A DNA stretch of 64,000 nt from a bacterium (GTDB taxonomy: Bacteria > Patescibacteriota > Minisyncoccia > Phycocordibacterales > UBA2100). The stretch's first letter is position 1; every line of letters begins with the position of its first letter. A model generated the notes under the pieces. The model had not been told where the DNA came from, made no database searches, and saw only the letters and a program-made list of their open reading frames with translations. The stretch covers positions 83,947-147,946 of the forward strand of contig JAUSGQ010000007.1 in assembly GCA_030674455.1 (NCBI GenBank), given 5' to 3'. Made by a program: the position numbers and the translations under genes. Positions 34,348 to 43,530 of the stretch are shown here, in pieces.

Positions 34348-35706
34348 ATGGGTACTTCTAACAAGGTGAGAGTGCGATTTCCTCCGAGTCCGACAGGTTT
34401 CTGCCACGTCGGCACTGCGCGAATGGCAATAATTAATTTCTTATTTGCCAAAAAAAACAACGGAGCGGTAATATTTCGAAGCGAGGATACCGATAAAGAG
34501 CGAAGCACCGCGGAATTCGAAACGGACATCATCGATTCCTTACATTGGCTCGGACTCGAATGGGATGAGTTTTATCGCCAGTCGGAACGCACAGATATAT
34601 ATCGCCAATCGCTCGCATCGCTCATAGCTTCCGACAAGGCGTATGTTTCTGAAGAAGAGAGCAAAAAAGAACCGGGAACAAAGGCGCGCGTTGTTCGTCT
34701 CCGAAATCCGGGGACAAAGGTTACATTTTCCGACCTTATTCGCGGAGACATTACTTTTGACACGGCCGAGCTCGGTGATTTTGTTGTTGCCCGTTCCGAG
34801 ACAGACCCTTTGTACCATTTCGCCGTCGTGGTTGATGACGCCCAACTGAACATCACACATGTCATTCGGGGTGATGACCATATTTCAAACACACCCCGCC
34901 AAATTCTCATTCAAGAAGCGCTGGGTTTCGAGAGGCCGCTGTATGCCCACTATCCGCTCTTACTTGGTACGGACAAGTCGAAATTGTCAAAAAGAACTGG
35001 TGATACGGCAATAAGAGATTATAGAGAAAACGGCTATTTGGCGGATGCATTCCTCAATTACATAGCAATACTTGGCTGGACTCCGAAATCCCAAAGAGAG
35101 CTAATTTCACTTGAAGAAATGATAGACGAATTCGATATTGGTGACTTGCACAAAAGCGGGGCTGTTTTTGATATTGAAAAATTGCGTTGGTTCAACCGCC
35201 AGTATTTGCTCAAAATACCGCACCAAGAATTTGCGGTATCCGCTCTCGGAATAATGGAGGAGGCTTTTTCAAAGCGCGGGCTCAAATGGAATTCCGATAT
35301 TGCCGCCAAACTCGTAGACATGCTGTGGGAACGAATATCCGTATGGAGCGATCTGCGGCAGCTCATAGACGAAGGAGAACTGGACTACTTCTTTTCAGAC
35401 CCTACGTATGACAAAGGCCTCATACCGGGGAAAAAAGGAAACGCGGAATCCGCGGCTGTGCATCTTGGCGCATTGCAGAAACTGATTGCCGACGTTCCAG
35501 AAAGTGAATTCTCAAAAACAGATACGATTAAACAGACCGTGTGGGCCTACGCAGAAAAAGAGGGAACCGGCGCAGTCCTGTGGCCGTTCCGCTATTCTCT
35601 TACAGGAAAGGAGCGTTCGCCCGACCCGTTTTTTGTAGCATCCGTAATCGGAAAGCAATCGGTCGCCAGGCGCGTCTCCACTGCCATTTCCGCGCTTACT
35701 GTATGA
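34348..35706 (+). CDS. gltX: glutamate--tRNA ligase
   Basis: RFPPSPTGFCHVGTARMAIINFLFAKK (HIGH region), EDTDKERST and KLSKR (SKLSKRTGD) are present. Confidence 0.85.
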   Translation: MGTSNKVRVRFPPSPTGFCHVGTARMAIINFLFAKKNNGAVIFRSEDTDKERSTAEFETDIIDSLHWLGLEWDEFYRQSERTDIYRQSLASLIASDKAYVSEEESKKEPGTKARVVRLRNPGTKVTFSDLIRGDITFDTAELGDFVVARSETDPLYHFAVVVDDAQLNITHVIRGDDHISNTPRQILIQEALGFERPLYAHYPLLLGTDKSKLSKRTGDTAIRDYRENGYLADAFLNYIAILGWTPKSQRELISLEEMIDEFDIGDLHKSGAVFDIEKLRWFNRQYLLKIPHQEFAVSALGIMEEAFSKRGLKWNSDIAAKLVDMLWERISVWSDLRQLIDEGELDYFFSDPTYDKGLIPGKKGNAESAAVHLGALQKLIADVPESEFSKTDTIKQTVWAYAEKEGTGAVLWPFRYSLTGKERSPDPFFVASVIGKQSVARRVSTAISALTV

Positions 35707-36980
35707 ACAGTGCTCGCAGGAGGTTATCGGCGCTTATAGCCGCAGTGCTTATTATTCCCGGCCTTCTCTTCGCGCAAACTGCCGACGAATTGCAGCGGCA
35801 GATCGATGAACAGAACGCGCAAATCGCAACGCTGAACAAAGAAATAGCGCAATATCAGACGCAACTTAATGCGACATCGAAAAAAAAACAGACTCTTCAA
35901 AATGAGTTGGACCAGTTGAACATTTCACGCAAGAAGATTACCGCCTCCATCAACGTGACGAAGAAACAGATAAACTCTACGCAGTTACAGATTCAGCAGC
36001 TGGCAAAAGGAATCGTAAGCAAGGAGGCCTCCATCAGCGGGTTTCAGGACTCCATCGCGGAAACATTGCGTAACTTGAGTCAATCTGAAAGCGTGCCGCT
36101 CGCACAATCCCTCTTGTCATCGGATTCTATCAGTGATGCGTGGGATGATTCAGAACAGATCGCGCAACTGCAGGCAGCGGTGCGCGGCGATATTAACCGC
36201 CTTGCGGGAGAGAAGAAAATCCTTTCGCAAACGAAAACAACAGCGGAGCAGAAGCGCGCGCAACTGCAGAAGCAGCAGCAAACTCTAGTGGTACAGCAAG
36301 GCTCGCTTGATGCGACAGTTAAAGCGCAAAAAGAGCTACTCGCCCAAACAAAGTCCCAGGAGTCCACGTATCAAAAGATAATCGCGCAAAAGAGAGCCCA
36401 GGAAGCGGCGTTCGAGCAAGCTCTCGGCGACCTCAAGGCAAAATTGCAGTACACCGTCAATCCTAATGAAATACTAAGGGCAGGGAAGGGAATCCTTGCG
36501 TGGCCCCTTGATTCGGTGAGAATTACCCAGCAATTTGGCGACACCGATTTTGCGAGGGCAGGCGGGTACAATGGAAAAGGCCATAATGGTATGGACTTGG
36601 CAGCACAGACAGGAACACCCGTAAAAGCAGCTCTCTCCGGGCGCGTAGTGGATACTGGCAACACGGACTTGGTCAGAGGCTGCTATTCCTTCGGAAAATG
36701 GGTTCTCATCCGGCATGACAACGGACTCGATACTATGTATGCGCACTTCTCGCAGATCAGCGTTTCCCCTGGTCAGCAAGTCGCCACTGGCCAACTCATA
36801 GGCTACAGCGGACAATCCGGCTACGCCACCGGCCCGCATTTACACTTTGGCGTCTACGTATCATCGGCTACGCAAATAATGAAGCTAGGCGACGCAACAA
36901 ATAAAAAGTCGCCATGCTCGACCGCTACCATGCCAATCGCCCCGCTGTCCGGTTATCTTAATCCCGCAAATTATCTTTGA
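35703..36980 (+). CDS. M23-family (LytM) metallopeptidase with N-terminal coiled-coil (EnvC-like architecture)
   Basis: It has a signal anchor, a long coiled-coil (LQRQIDEQNAQIATLNKEIAQYQTQL...), then the M23 motifs GHNGMDLAAQTGTPV and GPHLHFGV. The start overlaps the gltX stop. Confidence 0.7.
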   Translation: MNSARRRLSALIAAVLIIPGLLFAQTADELQRQIDEQNAQIATLNKEIAQYQTQLNATSKKKQTLQNELDQLNISRKKITASINVTKKQINSTQLQIQQLAKGIVSKEASISGFQDSIAETLRNLSQSESVPLAQSLLSSDSISDAWDDSEQIAQLQAAVRGDINRLAGEKKILSQTKTTAEQKRAQLQKQQQTLVVQQGSLDATVKAQKELLAQTKSQESTYQKIIAQKRAQEAAFEQALGDLKAKLQYTVNPNEILRAGKGILAWPLDSVRITQQFGDTDFARAGGYNGKGHNGMDLAAQTGTPVKAALSGRVVDTGNTDLVRGCYSFGKWVLIRHDNGLDTMYAHFSQISVSPGQQVATGQLIGYSGQSGYATGPHLHFGVYVSSATQIMKLGDATNKKSPCSTATMPIAPLSGYLNPANYL

Positions 36981-37023
36981 TGATTGCTCCTCTCATAACC
37001 CGTACTTACTTAACGCGGTCGCA

Positions 37024-37731
37024 TTAGTTATGTACAGGATTAGGTATTTGGTTTTTCCATTCCACGTTGTTGATTGCCTTCACTTCGATAGCGGAAGCTT
37101 TTCGTATTTTTCTTAAAGAGCTCTTTGGCGCTACATTAAAATGACGGCTGTCGTCGAGCGCGTCCACAAGCCAGAACAACTCTTCCTCCTCCGTAACCCA
37201 TTTAGCGGGTGAATATCGGCTTAAGTCAAACGCATCTGAATACCGACGCAGAGACTTGGTTCCGTCATCCATGATGTACTCATGGAAATACGACATCGCG
37301 AGTTCCCGAACGCTTCTATAAACCGGGTCGCGATACCTCAATATTGGGTGATTGGTTTTGCTTATTGCGCCCCACAAACTATCCTCCTTGAACAAGGCGA
37401 CAACATGGTCTTCGTCGCGGTCAATCGTACCAAGGTCAAGCAAAAGCGGTTTTTGGCCGTGATAGGCAAGCGCCGTACACGCGAAAAGCGACCCTTCGAA
37501 GCAATGCGCGGTCTGTTCGCGAATAACGCGCCGCGGCGACATATACGTTTCTTTTCCAATTTCGAAATTTATCGGAAGCGTATCTAAATAGTCTTGGATT
37601 TTCCCGGGAGAAGTTAGTTTGGCAAAAATCGAGCGCTCGAAAGGGGAGAGTATGGCTCTTAATTTGTCCCCATATTTCATGGCTCTATCATACCTGTGGA
37701 TAGGTTGATTGACAGGTGAACCTTGGTTCAC
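37024..37731 (-). CDS. hypothetical protein, possible NAT/transglutaminase-like Cys-His-Asp fold
   Basis: TAHCFEGSLFACTALAYHG resembles the catalytic Cys region of arylamine N-acetyltransferase/transglutaminase-like folds, and DEDHVVALF supplies a His. This is weak. The true start may be the internal ATG (MKYGDKL). Confidence 0.35.
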   Translation of the reverse strand: MNQGSPVNQPIHRYDRAMKYGDKLRAILSPFERSIFAKLTSPGKIQDYLDTLPINFEIGKETYMSPRRVIREQTAHCFEGSLFACTALAYHGQKPLLLDLGTIDRDEDHVVALFKEDSLWGAISKTNHPILRYRDPVYRSVRELAMSYFHEYIMDDGTKSLRRYSDAFDLSRYSPAKWVTEEEELFWLVDALDDSRHFNVAPKSSLRKIRKASAIEVKAINNVEWKNQIPNPVHN

Positions 37732-37738
37732 TTATACT
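37709..37738 (+). promoter_or_regulatory. lexA promoter with Cheo-type LexA box (GAAC-N4-GTTC) in the spacer
   Basis: TTGACA lies at 37709-37714, GTGAACCTTGGTTCAC at 37716-37731 and TATACT at 37733-37738. The lexA ATG is at 37745, so the transcript is probably leaderless. Confidence 0.6.
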
Positions 37739-37744
37739 TACAGC

Positions 37745-38323
37745 ATGTACGAAAGGTATAAGAAGGCGATTATTTCATTCTACGATTTACATGGTCGCTT
37801 GCCTGGATATCGGGAAATGATGGAGCTGACGGGATTCAAATCGAAGAACGCGGTTTTTAAATTAATACAAAAATTAATTGAGGATGGCATCGTGACAAAA
37901 GACAAATTGGGAAAACTGATTCCGCGCAACATAAAAGGAGGCGTACGCCTGCTCGGGCTCGTAGAAGCCGGTTTTCCAAGCCCGGCCGAGGAAGAACTCC
38001 TTGATGTCATGAATTTTGACGAATTCCTGACCCCCAACAAAGAGTCCAGTTATATTCTTAAAGTAAAAGGGGATTCAATGATAGATGCAGGGATTCATCC
38101 GGGCGACATGGTGATAGTCGAGCGGCGCGCCACGTATAAACCCGGCCAGATAGTTATCGCGAATATCGATAACGAACATACGATGAAATATTTAAGAAAG
38201 ACCGCCGGAGGAAAAGGCGGGGAGTTTTTTCTGGAACCGGCTAATAAAAAATATAAACCAATATACCCGCGCGAGTCGTTCCGCGTTGAGGCTGTTGTTA
38301 CCGCAGTGGTAAGGAAGTATTAA
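37745..38323 (+). CDS. lexA: LexA repressor (S24 peptidase)
   Basis: The N-terminal wHTH is MYERYKKAIISFYDLHGRLPGYREMMEL. The Ser nucleophile lies in VKGDSMIDAGI and a Lys in the C-terminal domain. The annotated ORF starts with TTG at 37709. The ATG at 37745 is preferred. Confidence 0.85.
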   Translation: MYERYKKAIISFYDLHGRLPGYREMMELTGFKSKNAVFKLIQKLIEDGIVTKDKLGKLIPRNIKGGVRLLGLVEAGFPSPAEEELLDVMNFDEFLTPNKESSYILKVKGDSMIDAGIHPGDMVIVERRATYKPGQIVIANIDNEHTMKYLRKTAGGKGGEFFLEPANKKYKPIYPRESFRVEAVVTAVVRKY

Positions 38324-38447
38324 AACCATACTTAATTTCCAATTCACAATTTGCAATTTGCATTGAATTTCCAATTTTCAATGTTTAAAACTTAATTCAT
38401 TGTAAATTGATTGAAAATTGCAAAATTAGAAATTGTAAATTCATTTT

Positions 38448-39719
38448 ATGATGTTTGAGCGGGCAATTCTTCATATCGACGGCGATTCTTTTTTTGCTTC
38501 CTGCGAAGTCGCGAAAAATCCGAGTTTAAAAGGGAAGCCGGTCATAACCGGGCGCGAGCGCGGCATTGTTTCCGCCATGACGTATGAGGCAAAAGCGAAA
38601 GGCATAAAACGAGGAATGATCCTCTCCGAAGTGCGCCGAATATGTCCAGACGCCATAATTCTGCCTTCCGATTACGAAACGTACAGCATCTTCTCCAAGC
38701 GCATGTATGCCATCGTACGGCGATATACGGACATTGTAGAGGAATACAGCATAGATGAGTGCTTCGCAGGGATTGAAGGGCCAAATGGCAGGGAAGTAGC
38801 AACCTCGATAAAACAGACCCTGGAGAGGGAACTCGGAATGACTTTTTCCATTGGTCTTTCCGCTACAAAAGTGCTGGCTAAAATCGGTTCCAAATGGAAG
38901 AAGCCCGACGGCCTTACCGTGATTGCGCTTAAAGACGCGCCTCTGTACCTCGACAAAACGCCCGTGGAAAAGATATGGGGTATCGGACCCGCCACTTCGC
39001 TTTTATTAAATTCCCGCGGGGTACGGACAGCTCTTGAATTTTCCCTGAAGAATGACGCGTGGGTCAGGGGCTTGCTCGCAAAACCGTATGTGGAAATTTG
39101 GAAAGAACTGAACGGGGAAGTCGTGAATGAGCTGGATGTGGATGGCAGGCAAACCTACAAATCCATAGCAAAGACAAAGACATTTACTCCGCCATCCCAC
39201 GATCCCGCGTTCGTATACTCTCAGCTCTCCAAAAATGTCGAGAACGCCTGCATCAAACTCCGCCGATGGCATCTTGAGGCGCGCGAGGCCCACATATTCT
39301 TGAAGACGCAAAGTTTCGCATATCACGACGCTAAAATCTCTCTGCCGCACCCCACCTCCGCGCCGCAGGAAATTCTTTCTGCCATATCAAAAAGTTTCCC
39401 CCGGATTTTCCAAAGGGGAGTACGGTATCGGGCAACCGGCATTTCACTCATGAATTTAATCGACAGCCAATTGCCAAAGCAATTGAATCTGTTCAACGAA
39501 TATTCAAGCGGGGATGACATTAAAGCGGTCTACGAGAGCATGGACGCGCTTAGTAGCCGATACGGCAAGCATGCAGTTTTCTTATGTTCTAGCTTCAGCG
39601 CGATGAACCATAAGAACCCACAAGACGGCTACGGCGCTACCTCGGAGCGCACAACTAATATTTTTAAAGGGGAATCAGGCCGTAAACGCCTTGGCATACC
39701 GATGCTCGGGGAAGTATGA
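38448..39719 (+). CDS. dinB: Y-family DNA polymerase (DinB/UmuC-like)
   Basis: ILHIDGDSFFASCE, SIDECF and the little-finger domain are present. It is downstream of lexA (SOS cassette). Confidence 0.8.
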   Translation: MMFERAILHIDGDSFFASCEVAKNPSLKGKPVITGRERGIVSAMTYEAKAKGIKRGMILSEVRRICPDAIILPSDYETYSIFSKRMYAIVRRYTDIVEEYSIDECFAGIEGPNGREVATSIKQTLERELGMTFSIGLSATKVLAKIGSKWKKPDGLTVIALKDAPLYLDKTPVEKIWGIGPATSLLLNSRGVRTALEFSLKNDAWVRGLLAKPYVEIWKELNGEVVNELDVDGRQTYKSIAKTKTFTPPSHDPAFVYSQLSKNVENACIKLRRWHLEAREAHIFLKTQSFAYHDAKISLPHPTSAPQEILSAISKSFPRIFQRGVRYRATGISLMNLIDSQLPKQLNLFNEYSSGDDIKAVYESMDALSSRYGKHAVFLCSSFSAMNHKNPQDGYGATSERTTNIFKGESGRKRLGIPMLGEV

Positions 39720-39743
39720 GAAAGTTAGTGGTAAAAGCGCACA

Positions 39744-40364
39744 TCACAAAAGAGGGTTGGAATACGCTTTTCTCGCCTTAAGCAGAGTAAATAATGTATC
39801 CATAGTTACAATTCTTGTTGTTTTGGGCAAAGGTTTGAGTTTAGTGATAGCATAACGATCAATGTCATCCTGCCTTAAACTTTCATTTGCCGTGACGAGA
39901 AATAATTCAATGGGAAAATTGCGATATTTGCCCATTTTGATATTTATGTTCGACTTCAGATACCTCATTGTATCGGTATAGAAAACGTCAATACCAAAAT
40001 TCCCATCAGGCGAATAAACATAAAAATCAACGCGATTCTTTGAAGATTCAAAGAACTTTTCCGTGTGGACAAAAACTTCCCCGAACCTATCGCGCAACAC
40101 TTTCTCTAATGCAAGTTCAGTCTTGCGCCCTCTGTCCTTTACGCGGCTCGCAATCTCGCTTCTAAAGGAACCTTTGCCAAAATGAACATCAGAATATCCC
40201 AGCTGTTTGCGTAATCGTGCGAGACCGCCAAATCTTTTTTGAATATTCCGAGAAGAGGGAAGATATTCAAGTTGATCAATTTCCAAAGCGCGCGGAAGTC
40301 GTCCGTGTTCATTTTTGAAGCGTTCGAATCCCTCTTTGATCTTATCAACAGTCCAGATTTTCAT
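39744..40364 (-). CDS. hypothetical protein with N-terminal homing-endonuclease-associated (HNH-repeat-like) module, possible nuclease
   Basis: WTVDKIKEGFERFKNEHGRLPRALEIDQLEYLPSSRNIQKRFGGLARLRKQLG fits the W..e.I......f....GR.P...e......PS...i...FGsw..A repeat seen in homing endonucleases. The C-terminal half has no clear motif. It lies 15 nt downstream of the recombinase gene. Confidence 0.4.
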   Translation of the reverse strand: MKIWTVDKIKEGFERFKNEHGRLPRALEIDQLEYLPSSRNIQKRFGGLARLRKQLGYSDVHFGKGSFRSEIASRVKDRGRKTELALEKVLRDRFGEVFVHTEKFFESSKNRVDFYVYSPDGNFGIDVFYTDTMRYLKSNINIKMGKYRNFPIELFLVTANESLRQDDIDRYAITKLKPLPKTTRIVTMDTLFTLLKARKAYSNPLL

Positions 40365-40378
40365 AAAAATGTTATTTA

Positions 40379-41335
40379 TTATTTAAGTGGATGGAATCTT
40401 TTATGCGTAGCTTCTGCATACTTATCCGATGCATGAACATATCTGGTGGTCGTTTCAAGCGACTCATGTCCAAGAAGAATCTGTATTGCGGCAGGATTCG
40501 CGCCTTGCTCGGCAAGATAGGTTGCAAAACCATGTCGTAAAGAGTGAGCGCTGGTAGGCACGTTAATATTCAAAAGTTCTCGATACTGTTTGATTTTCAT
40601 CTGAAGATAGTTAGGAGAAATGTGTTTATTCTTGTCCGATGCATTCTTTCCCCGATTCGGAATAAAGAGAAAGGGGGAGTCATCTGCACGTTTCTTTAAG
40701 TAGTTGTCTATGTGTTTTTTTGCACGTTCCGTAAGGTACACAAATCTCTGTTTCTTTCCTTTGCCCTGAATGAATATCTTACCCGTTCTGTCGATCTGGG
40801 TTCTTTTAATACTAATGAGTTCCGAAATACGCATGCCTGACGCAAATAAGGTTTCCAGAGCTGCGCGATTGCGCAGCGCAATCATGGAGTCCTTTTCAAA
40901 TTTCATCGGGGATTCTATTAATTTTTGTAGTTCAGCCAATTCAGATATTTGAGGATGCTTCTTTTCCATGCGCAGCAATTTAATAGATTCGGGCGCAATT
41001 GGTGTCTCTGTGTCCATATCAATCAAATAGGACAAATAGCGCCTTAGAGAGGTCAGGGTGCGGTTAATGGAGCCGCTTTTGAGCTCTTTCTCTGCGGCAA
41101 AACCATTAGCTGTTTTACGGTCTTGAGAATTTAAATACGCTTTAAATTGCTCTATGGTCCGTTTCGTAATATTCAAAAAAGGAAGGCCGTCCATATCTTG
41201 AGAGAGGAAGCGCTCAAAAGTCTCTAAATCTCTCTCATAGTTATACAAAGTTTCCTTTGAATAGTTATTCGCTTGAATGTGTAATAGAAAGTCTTCTCGA
41301 AAGGGAAGCCTTGATTTATCCGATTTTGTCGCCAT
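40379..41335 (-). CDS. tyrosine site-specific recombinase (XerC/XerD family)
   Basis: It has an N-terminal SAM-like domain, and the catalytic region HSLRHGFATYLAEQGANPAAIQILLGHESLETTTRYVH carries the R...HxxR...Y signature. Confidence 0.8.
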   Translation of the reverse strand: MATKSDKSRLPFREDFLLHIQANNYSKETLYNYERDLETFERFLSQDMDGLPFLNITKRTIEQFKAYLNSQDRKTANGFAAEKELKSGSINRTLTSLRRYLSYLIDMDTETPIAPESIKLLRMEKKHPQISELAELQKLIESPMKFEKDSMIALRNRAALETLFASGMRISELISIKRTQIDRTGKIFIQGKGKKQRFVYLTERAKKHIDNYLKKRADDSPFLFIPNRGKNASDKNKHISPNYLQMKIKQYRELLNINVPTSAHSLRHGFATYLAEQGANPAAIQILLGHESLETTTRYVHASDKYAEATHKRFHPLK

Positions 41336-41659
41336 ATTTATAATATATATAACTGAGTATAATAACTCTAATACTCAGTTAGTATAGCAGTCTTTGAGAG
41401 CCATGCAAATATTATGCCACATAAGGCCGGTTATGACTCTCGCCAGGGCGATATCTGTAAACTCGACTTTATACGCGCTACGATTCAAATCAGCGATAAA
41501 ATATTATTTAAAAATACTTAAGCAACTGCGCGGAAAAGAAAAATATCTTTAAAGATGAAGAAAGATTGTCGACATCCGCGATGCTCTATATGGAAGGGTA
41601 TGCGCCCGCTTGCCACTCCCCTACTCGCCCTTCGTAGCTTTAGCGAAGTAGGGTTCGTT

Positions 41660-42253
41660 CTACTTTTTCCACGGAATCTCAAACTGTTCAAATTCCGGCA
41701 AAAGCTTTCTTCCGTACAAAAGGCGCGCGATTACTTCGGCGTGCGACAAAGCGCCAGTGAGTGCATTGTGAGGCGATGGTTCTTCGGGGATACCGCAATA
41801 GTTGAGAACTGCGTCGAGGTCAAGCGCCGAGCGGCGGTGCTTTACCGGCGGCTGGAGCCCTCTTTCTATCATGTGCATGTAGCAAAGGGAATGCGTGTCA
41901 ATCGTACGGTACGCAAATTGCCAATCCGTGTGTCCCGCGCGCTCGGCGGCCGCTTTTAAGAAATCGCGGTCAAAAGAAACATTTTGTCCGGCAAGCGTCC
42001 TTTCTTCCAAGCCTTCGCTCCAATGCAAAAAAGCGTGTATTAAATCGCCCTCGCTTTGCTTTTTTTTGTCCGTAATTTGCCCTTTTGTAAAACCATTTAC
42101 CGCGAGCGCCTCGTCCATGATATGCGCGCCGTCCCACACGCGGCATTCCTCGTAAAATCGATTGGTCGGATTTGCGAAATCAAGAGCGCCAACCGATACG
42201 ATGGAATGTTTTTTTGCTTCTACTCCTGAAGCTTCTACATCGACGACGAGCAT
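41660..42253 (-). CDS. DEDDh-family 3-prime-to-5-prime exonuclease (DnaQ/RNase T-like)
   Basis: Exo I is VVDVEASG, Exo II is FDRDFL, and Exo III is HNALTGALSHAEV (H-x4-D). Confidence 0.7.
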   Translation of the reverse strand: MLVVDVEASGVEAKKHSIVSVGALDFANPTNRFYEECRVWDGAHIMDEALAVNGFTKGQITDKKKQSEGDLIHAFLHWSEGLEERTLAGQNVSFDRDFLKAAAERAGHTDWQFAYRTIDTHSLCYMHMIERGLQPPVKHRRSALDLDAVLNYCGIPEEPSPHNALTGALSHAEVIARLLYGRKLLPEFEQFEIPWKK

Positions 42254-42329
42254 AGGACACAGCGTACAGCGATTAGCGGCTAGCGTAAAGGGACAAAAAA
42301 TAATAAATCTGTGATCTATACGCTAAACG

Positions 42330-42707
42330 CTATTCGCTAGTCGCTACCCCGAGTCCTTTGCAATTCTTTGCCGGCAAATACCCCGCCGCGCGAGCTTTTT
42401 CCTCGCTCGCAAACCACACCTGATTTTGAGGCAATATTTTAGAGGCAGAAGCGCACCACGGGAAATAGTACGCGTTCCCCGTGCGAGAGGCCATGATTAG
42501 ACCGCCAATGCTCATTTCTCTTAGATTCGCCTGGGATGGCGCTTGTGTGATAGAAACAGGCGGCATAACGGCTTCCAAAACAGACAAACGGCCAAGTCCG
42601 AACGAGCCTAAGACGACCAAAAACACAATGAGCACGGTTCCCCATCCGTCCACTAAATCTTCCGTCAAATTCTTGATTTTGAGCCACCATTCATGTATAC
42701 TCCCCAT
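42330..42707 (-). CDS. membrane-anchored Ada-like zinc-binding domain protein
   Basis: An N-terminal TM helix is present. The C-terminal YYFPWCASASKILPQNQVWFASEEKARAAGYLPAKNC matches the Ada N-terminal Zn-binding domain pattern (YY....C..PsC....rpeN.vfF.s..eA.aaGfRPC.rC). The start is set at the internal ATG (MGSIHEWW). Confidence 0.5.
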   Translation of the reverse strand: MGSIHEWWLKIKNLTEDLVDGWGTVLIVFLVVLGSFGLGRLSVLEAVMPPVSITQAPSQANLREMSIGGLIMASRTGNAYYFPWCASASKILPQNQVWFASEEKARAAGYLPAKNCKGLGVATSE

Positions 42708-42767
42708 GTTCTTAATTATAGTATATTTCCTGGTACCTAAAACCTGATACCTAGCACCTAATGCATT

Positions 42768-43046
42768 ATGGCCCATACAAAAGCTGGCGGAACAGCGCAT
42801 AACCTAAATGATTCGAATCCTAAGTACCTCGGAGTTAAGCGCTCCGATGGACAAAAGGTTGGTGTGGGCGAAATCATCGTCCGCCAACGCGGTACAAAGA
42901 TTTTGCCCGGCAAGAACATCGGCGTCGGAACCGACCACACTCTTTTTGCAATGGCGACCGGTATTGTCCGTTTTCGTACAAAAAGAAAAACTGATTTTGA
43001 CGGACGCTCCAACACGCGCCGCGTGGTGGACGTTCTAACCGTTTAA
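42768..43046 (+). CDS. rpmA: 50S ribosomal protein L27
   Basis: [31 protein letters not shown]...[26 protein letters not shown] is canonical L27. Confidence 0.9.
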   Translation: MAHTKAGGTAHNLNDSNPKYLGVKRSDGQKVGVGEIIVRQRGTKILPGKNIGVGTDHTLFAMATGIVRFRTKRKTDFDGRSNTRRVVDVLTV

Positions 43047-43486
43047 GAAGCAAGTATCTCAACAGTTGCTGTGGCTCGGTGAACACCGAGTTTTATCTCT
43101 ATCTTTGCCACCCCTACCCTCTTTATCGGTTCGTCCAACACAACTGCGCCTTCGCCGATATCTTGATTATATTTCTTTGCGATTTCGCTTGCTATTCTTT
43201 TCGCAGAAATACTCTCATATAGGTGTCCCGATTCATTTACCCTGACTTTCAATGCGATTTTATCGGCGGAGAGCTTGCGGGCGAGTTCTTGAAATTGCGC
43301 ATCTTGCACTTGTGCAGTAATTTCAGAAATTCTTTGGCGCTTGTCGTGCTCGGCAATATTCTTCGTTGACGCTTCTTGCGCCAGTCCTCGGGGAATAAGA
43401 AAATTGAGCGCGTACCCGTCTGCCACCTCTTTTGTCTCATCCCGCTTCCCCACCTTCGCCACATCCTTAAGCAGAATGATTCTCAT
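43043..43486 (-). CDS. rplI: 50S ribosomal protein L9
   Basis: [36 protein letters not shown] is the L9 N-domain, and a C-domain is present. It is convergent with rpmA, with a 4-nt overlap. Confidence 0.85.
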   Translation of the reverse strand: MRIILLKDVAKVGKRDETKEVADGYALNFLIPRGLAQEASTKNIAEHDKRQRISEITAQVQDAQFQELARKLSADKIALKVRVNESGHLYESISAKRIASEIAKKYNQDIGEGAVVLDEPIKRVGVAKIEIKLGVHRATATVEILAS

Positions 43487-43530
43487 GGACCCATGGTACA
43501 TGAGATTTCGTGACGCGCAAAAACCTCTTA

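Noticed and set aside
41590-41668. Possible tRNA (GGTTCG-containing stem-loop, acceptor-like GC stems)
   Set aside because: I could not assemble a cloverleaf. The T-loop-like element has an 8-nt loop and non-matching stem, no anticodon arm of 5+7+5, and no CCA/discriminator context. It is kept only as an ncRNA candidate.
41555-41959. 134-aa plus-strand ORF spanning the intergenic region and the exonuclease gene
   Set aside because: It overlaps the well-supported DEDDh exonuclease on the opposite strand. The N-terminal part lies in the structured non-coding region I report as a candidate ncRNA instead.
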